Source: a virus
Lineage: Duplodnaviria; Caudoviricetes
DNA length: 64,000 bases
Strand: one strand, 5' to 3'
Virus record (IMG/VR): IMGVR_UViG_3300006151_000005
Location: 32,001-96,000 of that record
In this document: positions 60,385 to 64,000 of the stretch, one piece after another
Layout of the letters: every line of letters begins with the position of its first letter
Numbering within the stretch: position 1 is the stretch's first letter
Notes under the pieces: model-generated
What the model was told of the DNA's origin: nothing
Database searches by the model: none
What the model saw: only the letters and a program-made list of their open reading frames with translations
Made by a program: the position numbers and the translations under genes

Positions 60385-60840
60385 ATGCAGAGAATCATTA
60401 AATTTCGCGGAAAATCCGTTGCTGACGGTACATGGGTCTATGGCGACTTAATCCACATGAAAGGACGCAAGGTTGCGATATGGCCCACGGAAGAGAAATA
60501 CGATGGTGGCGCGATTGAGGTTATACCCGCTTCGGTGGGTCAGTACACCAATTCACGCGACTGCCTCAAGAAAGAAATCTACGAGGGTGACATTGTGCGC
60601 CAGAAATGGGAAACCACAGTGATAGATGAACACGATGACGCATATTCAGCAAAAGGAACGCAGACCGGAATTGTGGTGCTACGCACGAGGGGAGTCTGCA
60701 TGTCACCCTGCCTGAAAGAAAACGACCTTACGGAAGATGCGCTGCTGACAAAGAATGTACCTGTTACCGGGTGGCGTTCTGAAATCATCGGCAATACAAC
60801 CGACAATCCCTCACTATTTGAGGAAATCTGTAACCCTTAA
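60385..60840 (+). CDS. YopX family protein
   Basis: IKFRGK...WVYGDL...VGQYT...IYEGDIV...EIIGN. Confidence 0.85.
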   Translation: MQRIIKFRGKSVADGTWVYGDLIHMKGRKVAIWPTEEKYDGGAIEVIPASVGQYTNSRDCLKKEIYEGDIVRQKWETTVIDEHDDAYSAKGTQTGIVVLRTRGVCMSPCLKENDLTEDALLTKNVPVTGWRSEIIGNTTDNPSLFEEICNP

Positions 60841-60859
60841 CCAATTAACCCCAACTGCA

Positions 60860-61561
60860 ATGAAAAAGTACATCGGTACGAAGACGCTTAACGCCGAGCC
60901 TATGACAAAGGGCGAGGCTTATGACCGTTCTTTACTGCGTGGTGGAATAACACCCGTAGAGCGTGAAATCCTCGGCTATCATGTCGTTTATCCTGACGGC
61001 TATGAAAGCTGGTCGCCCAAAGACGTATTTGATGCGGCCTACAATGTCGCCGACACATTACTTGACCGCCTTAACATCGAATACAAAGAGCTTGACAAGA
61101 AAGCCGGCAAAATCGTTGAGTTCAGACTGACGGAAGCCTATAAGAATCTGCGCGACACCGACCGCGCCATGCTTGATGTTCAGTTCGACACCATGATTAG
61201 CTATCTGAGCATCCTCGGTTGTCGCTCTACATCAGTGGAAACAGGTCAGGGCGGCTTCTGCGGTCTTGACTTCGGCACGGCAATCCATCTCCTTGAACGT
61301 GGATACGTCATCCGTCGCAGCGGATGGAACGGCAAGGATATTGTCGTGTTCAAGCAAGTGCCGTCAAGCATCAAGAGCGACATCATTCCCAACATGCAAT
61401 CCCTGCCCCTCAAGGCTAAAGAACTTATCATGGCCGGAAACAAGCGTATAGACTACACCTCGCAGTGTCTTATCTATAACACGAAGACTGGTCGCGCCGA
61501 TAGTTGGGTTCCATCTATCAGCGACGTGTTCGCCCATGACTGGGAGCTTGTAGCCGACTAA
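60860..61561 (+). CDS. DUF2829 domain protein
   Basis: MKKYIGTK...GYHVVYPDGYESWSPKDVF; FGTAI...RRSGWNGK...WVPSISDVFAHDW. Confidence 0.75.
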   Translation: MKKYIGTKTLNAEPMTKGEAYDRSLLRGGITPVEREILGYHVVYPDGYESWSPKDVFDAAYNVADTLLDRLNIEYKELDKKAGKIVEFRLTEAYKNLRDTDRAMLDVQFDTMISYLSILGCRSTSVETGQGGFCGLDFGTAIHLLERGYVIRRSGWNGKDIVVFKQVPSSIKSDIIPNMQSLPLKAKELIMAGNKRIDYTSQCLIYNTKTGRADSWVPSISDVFAHDWELVAD

Positions 61562-61659
61562 TCAATCATCCTATCTACCACGTGTAGAAAAGGAAACGGC
61601 GGCGTAGGCCGCGACAAGTCTGCGCCGCCTGCTTTTACCAATCACTAACATCACAAGAA

Positions 61660-62528
61660 ATGAGCAAGCAAGAACTTATAGAAGCATTGGAAAGTATGCC
61701 CGACGATGCCGTACTCTTTGTGGATGGCGGCTTTTACAATCTGGTTGAGGTCAGCAATGTAAAATACGACCCGTCGCAGAATATTATCGTCATCGAATAA
61801 AGTTATGACCGAGGAAGAAAAACGCGAGGCTTACGTCCGTACGGTGTTTGCCGGAAATGATGGCGACGTGTTCACGCGAAGCGACCTCCGCGCCTACATT
61901 GAAGAAGCATGGTCTGCCGGCTATGATGAGGGTGCGCGTGATTTTGGCGACACGGTAACGAATTATCCATTTCCATTAAGCGTATGGCCAACGCCCCTTT
62001 CCCGTTTTCAAGCCGATAAGCTGGCTAAAGAATTTGAAGCCCTTGACGAGATATGCAAGGACAGCGGATGTCGGGATGCGCTTATAAAAACGCTTTTTGA
62101 AGAAGCGGAAAAACAAGCCGAAGCGTTTATGCCACGTGACCTTATCGGCTCGGTTGAATACTTCGGCGACAAGTTAAAACTATTAAGACTGAAATCAAAT
62201 GAACGAACAGACGGAAAACAGCAAAGCAACTCTTAAAGACTGGCTAACATTCATCATCTTCACAATAGTAATCCTTTCATTAGGTATCATAGCCGGTTTT
62301 TCAGCGGGAAGAAAACACCCGGCAGCATCGGTTAAGGATGAATGGCTGTCAGATGTGCGCAAGGAGGTTAATCTCTTGGAGTCATCTTTCAAGGAAGCGG
62401 AAGAAGAATATCAGTTTGGCATCGAACTGCGCGACTCCATCATTACCGCCATGAAGCGCGAAATCAGAAAAGGCGACAACGCCGAAGTTCCTATTAAAGT
62501 AAACATCAACATCTATGAAGACGAATAA
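61660..62528 (+). CDS. Three hypothetical proteins (61660-61800, 61805-62236, 62199-62528 with TM helix)
   Basis: Consecutive ORFs. Confidence 0.5.
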
Positions 62529-63105
62529 ATATCGCGGTAAATGCTTGCAAACCCATGAGTGGGTTTACGGCTCGCTTATCCAAGGAAAAGTGGACGATGG
62601 AACGATTCTATCATTTATCGTTCCCGGTTTGCCATGCGCACAAGAATCCAATGATTTCTGGACTACAAAAATGTATCCGGTAGATACGAAAACAGTAGGA
62701 CAATTTACGGGCGTATTCGATGTAAAAGGTACACCCATCTACGAGAATGATTTGGTTTTGGCAGCAGAGGATTTATCCGGAAGTATTATTCAATGGGGTT
62801 TATGCGAGGTCTTTTATTTCTGCGAAGATAAGGATGACCCAACTGGCGATGTTGGCTTTTGGTTGGAAGTTGGTTATCCATCGGGCTATCGATATAATCA
62901 ACTATCGGCTTACAAATTGAATTACCATCGCGTTGTTGGAAACATTCACGACGATGACCATCTTTTTCATCAAGATTTTATAGATGTTTATGGCAAATGT
63001 ATATTCTACCTCGGCGATTGGTGGGCAAGCGAGAATGATGATAGCGACCATAAGCTCCAAAAGCATCTTAAAGAACTTAAACAAAAGAATCGGAAAAACA
63101 AATGA
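62515..63105 (+). CDS. YopX family protein
   Basis: KYRGK...WVYGSL...TVGQFTG...IYENDLV...VVGNIHD. Confidence 0.8.
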   Translation: MKTNKYRGKCLQTHEWVYGSLIQGKVDDGTILSFIVPGLPCAQESNDFWTTKMYPVDTKTVGQFTGVFDVKGTPIYENDLVLAAEDLSGSIIQWGLCEVFYFCEDKDDPTGDVGFWLEVGYPSGYRYNQLSAYKLNYHRVVGNIHDDDHLFHQDFIDVYGKCIFYLGDWWASENDDSDHKLQKHLKELKQKNRKNK

Positions 63106-63717
63106 TAGCAAATAAAGACCTTGTAAGTGGTGATTACGTCAATCTTGATGCTGCTATTGCCTTGAGTAAGGTTGGCTATGACGTGCCGACGCATACTCAT
63201 TACACCGGATATAAGGGTTACGGAAGCGTCAGCCTTACATCCAACACTGAAAAGCTGACAGGTGTAGGCAGTATGGTTGATAGACCCATCTTGCAAAAGG
63301 CGGTGGAATGGCTGCGCGAGCGTCGCAACATCTGCCTACGCATCAACTACGTCATGCAGACGCGCAAGTGGTTTTTCGACTACCTGAATATGAAAGATGG
63401 GAGCTATGACGATAGCACATCCACCTACGATGACACAACGGGCTATTACGATAGTTACAACGATGCCGTCAACGCCGGAATAGTTGCCATCTGCGAACAC
63501 ATCAAGGACAATGAAGATACGACAGGCGAAGAAAATCCTATTGGGTAAGAATACATCCCGCGACTGCTACCGCCGTACGCGCCCCGCCTATGAACGCGAA
63601 GACGGCACTATGGTATTTCCATCATGGCATGACATTCCACGGATAGCAAGGGTGAACAAACGACTACTCAGATACATTAACCGATTAAGCAATGAAGACA
63701 AAGAAAAACTTCTTTAA
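63102..63717 (+). CDS. Two hypothetical proteins (63102-63548, 63511-63717)
   Basis: Overlapping ORFs. Confidence 0.5.
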
Positions 63718-64000
63718 GGGTAAATCCTTATACCGACCCACCGGCAAGGCTGGCGAATATTCCGCTTGGGCTTGCAACTTCTATACCGGGTGTTCAAATA
63801 ACTGTTCATAATGCTACTGCAAGCGTGGCGTTATGAGCCATGTATGGAGCGAAGAGCCGATGTTTAAAAAATGCTTCAAGGACAACGACCATGCCATAGC
63901 GGTGTTTGAAAAGGAAATGCTCGCAAACATCGACGAACTGCGTAAGACGGGCATCTTTTTCAGCTTCACTACCGACCCCATGATACCCGGCAAGACGCTT
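63692..64000 (+). pseudogene. Radical SAM protein (partial) with an in-frame TAA in the CxxxCxxC motif
   Basis: MKTKKNFFKGKSLYRPTGKAGEYSAWACNFYTGCSNNCS*CYCKRG...FFSFTTDP; TAA at 63809-63811. Confidence 0.6.

Noticed and set aside
1-64000. CRISPR array, diversity-generating retroelement, IS element or att site
   Set aside because: No regularly spaced repeats, reverse transcriptase, transposase or identifiable att core seen; element ends lie outside the window.

Overview
This 64-kb window is part of a large temperate tailed phage or prophage of a Bacteroidales host. The host call rests on TTTG...TAnnTTTG promoters, A-rich non-SD translation starts and a Bacteroidetes-type tyrosine integrase. 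Left to right it contains: integrase (partial) and CI/Cro/Xis lysogeny switch; recombination and replication genes with a NAMPT-like + PRS-like pair (NARP1-type NAD+ reconstitution); three DNA methyltransferase loci; nucleotide-metabolism genes; an isolated tape-measure + distal-tail pair on the minus strand; an ASCH / PAPS-reductase-like / ParB / endolysin / terminase / portal block; many small operator-controlled early genes; a methionyl-tRNA formyltransferase; radical-SAM genes; and a frameshifted beta-clamp. The best candidate new system is a phage-encoded alternative translation-initiation code. It has three parts: a tRNA with an initiator (fMet-type) body but a Val anticodon AAC (32811-32883), a phage Fmt (50176-51456), and three nearby basic-protein ORFs whose frames open at A-GTT-A-R-A, complementary to the tRNA's unusual UUAACUU loop. 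A second candidate is an RlmN/Cfr-like radical SAM enzyme that lacks the resolving cysteine and whose catalytic AACGQL cysteine is encoded on a separate 39-aa peptide. All family calls are by-eye motif recognition; no database search was run.
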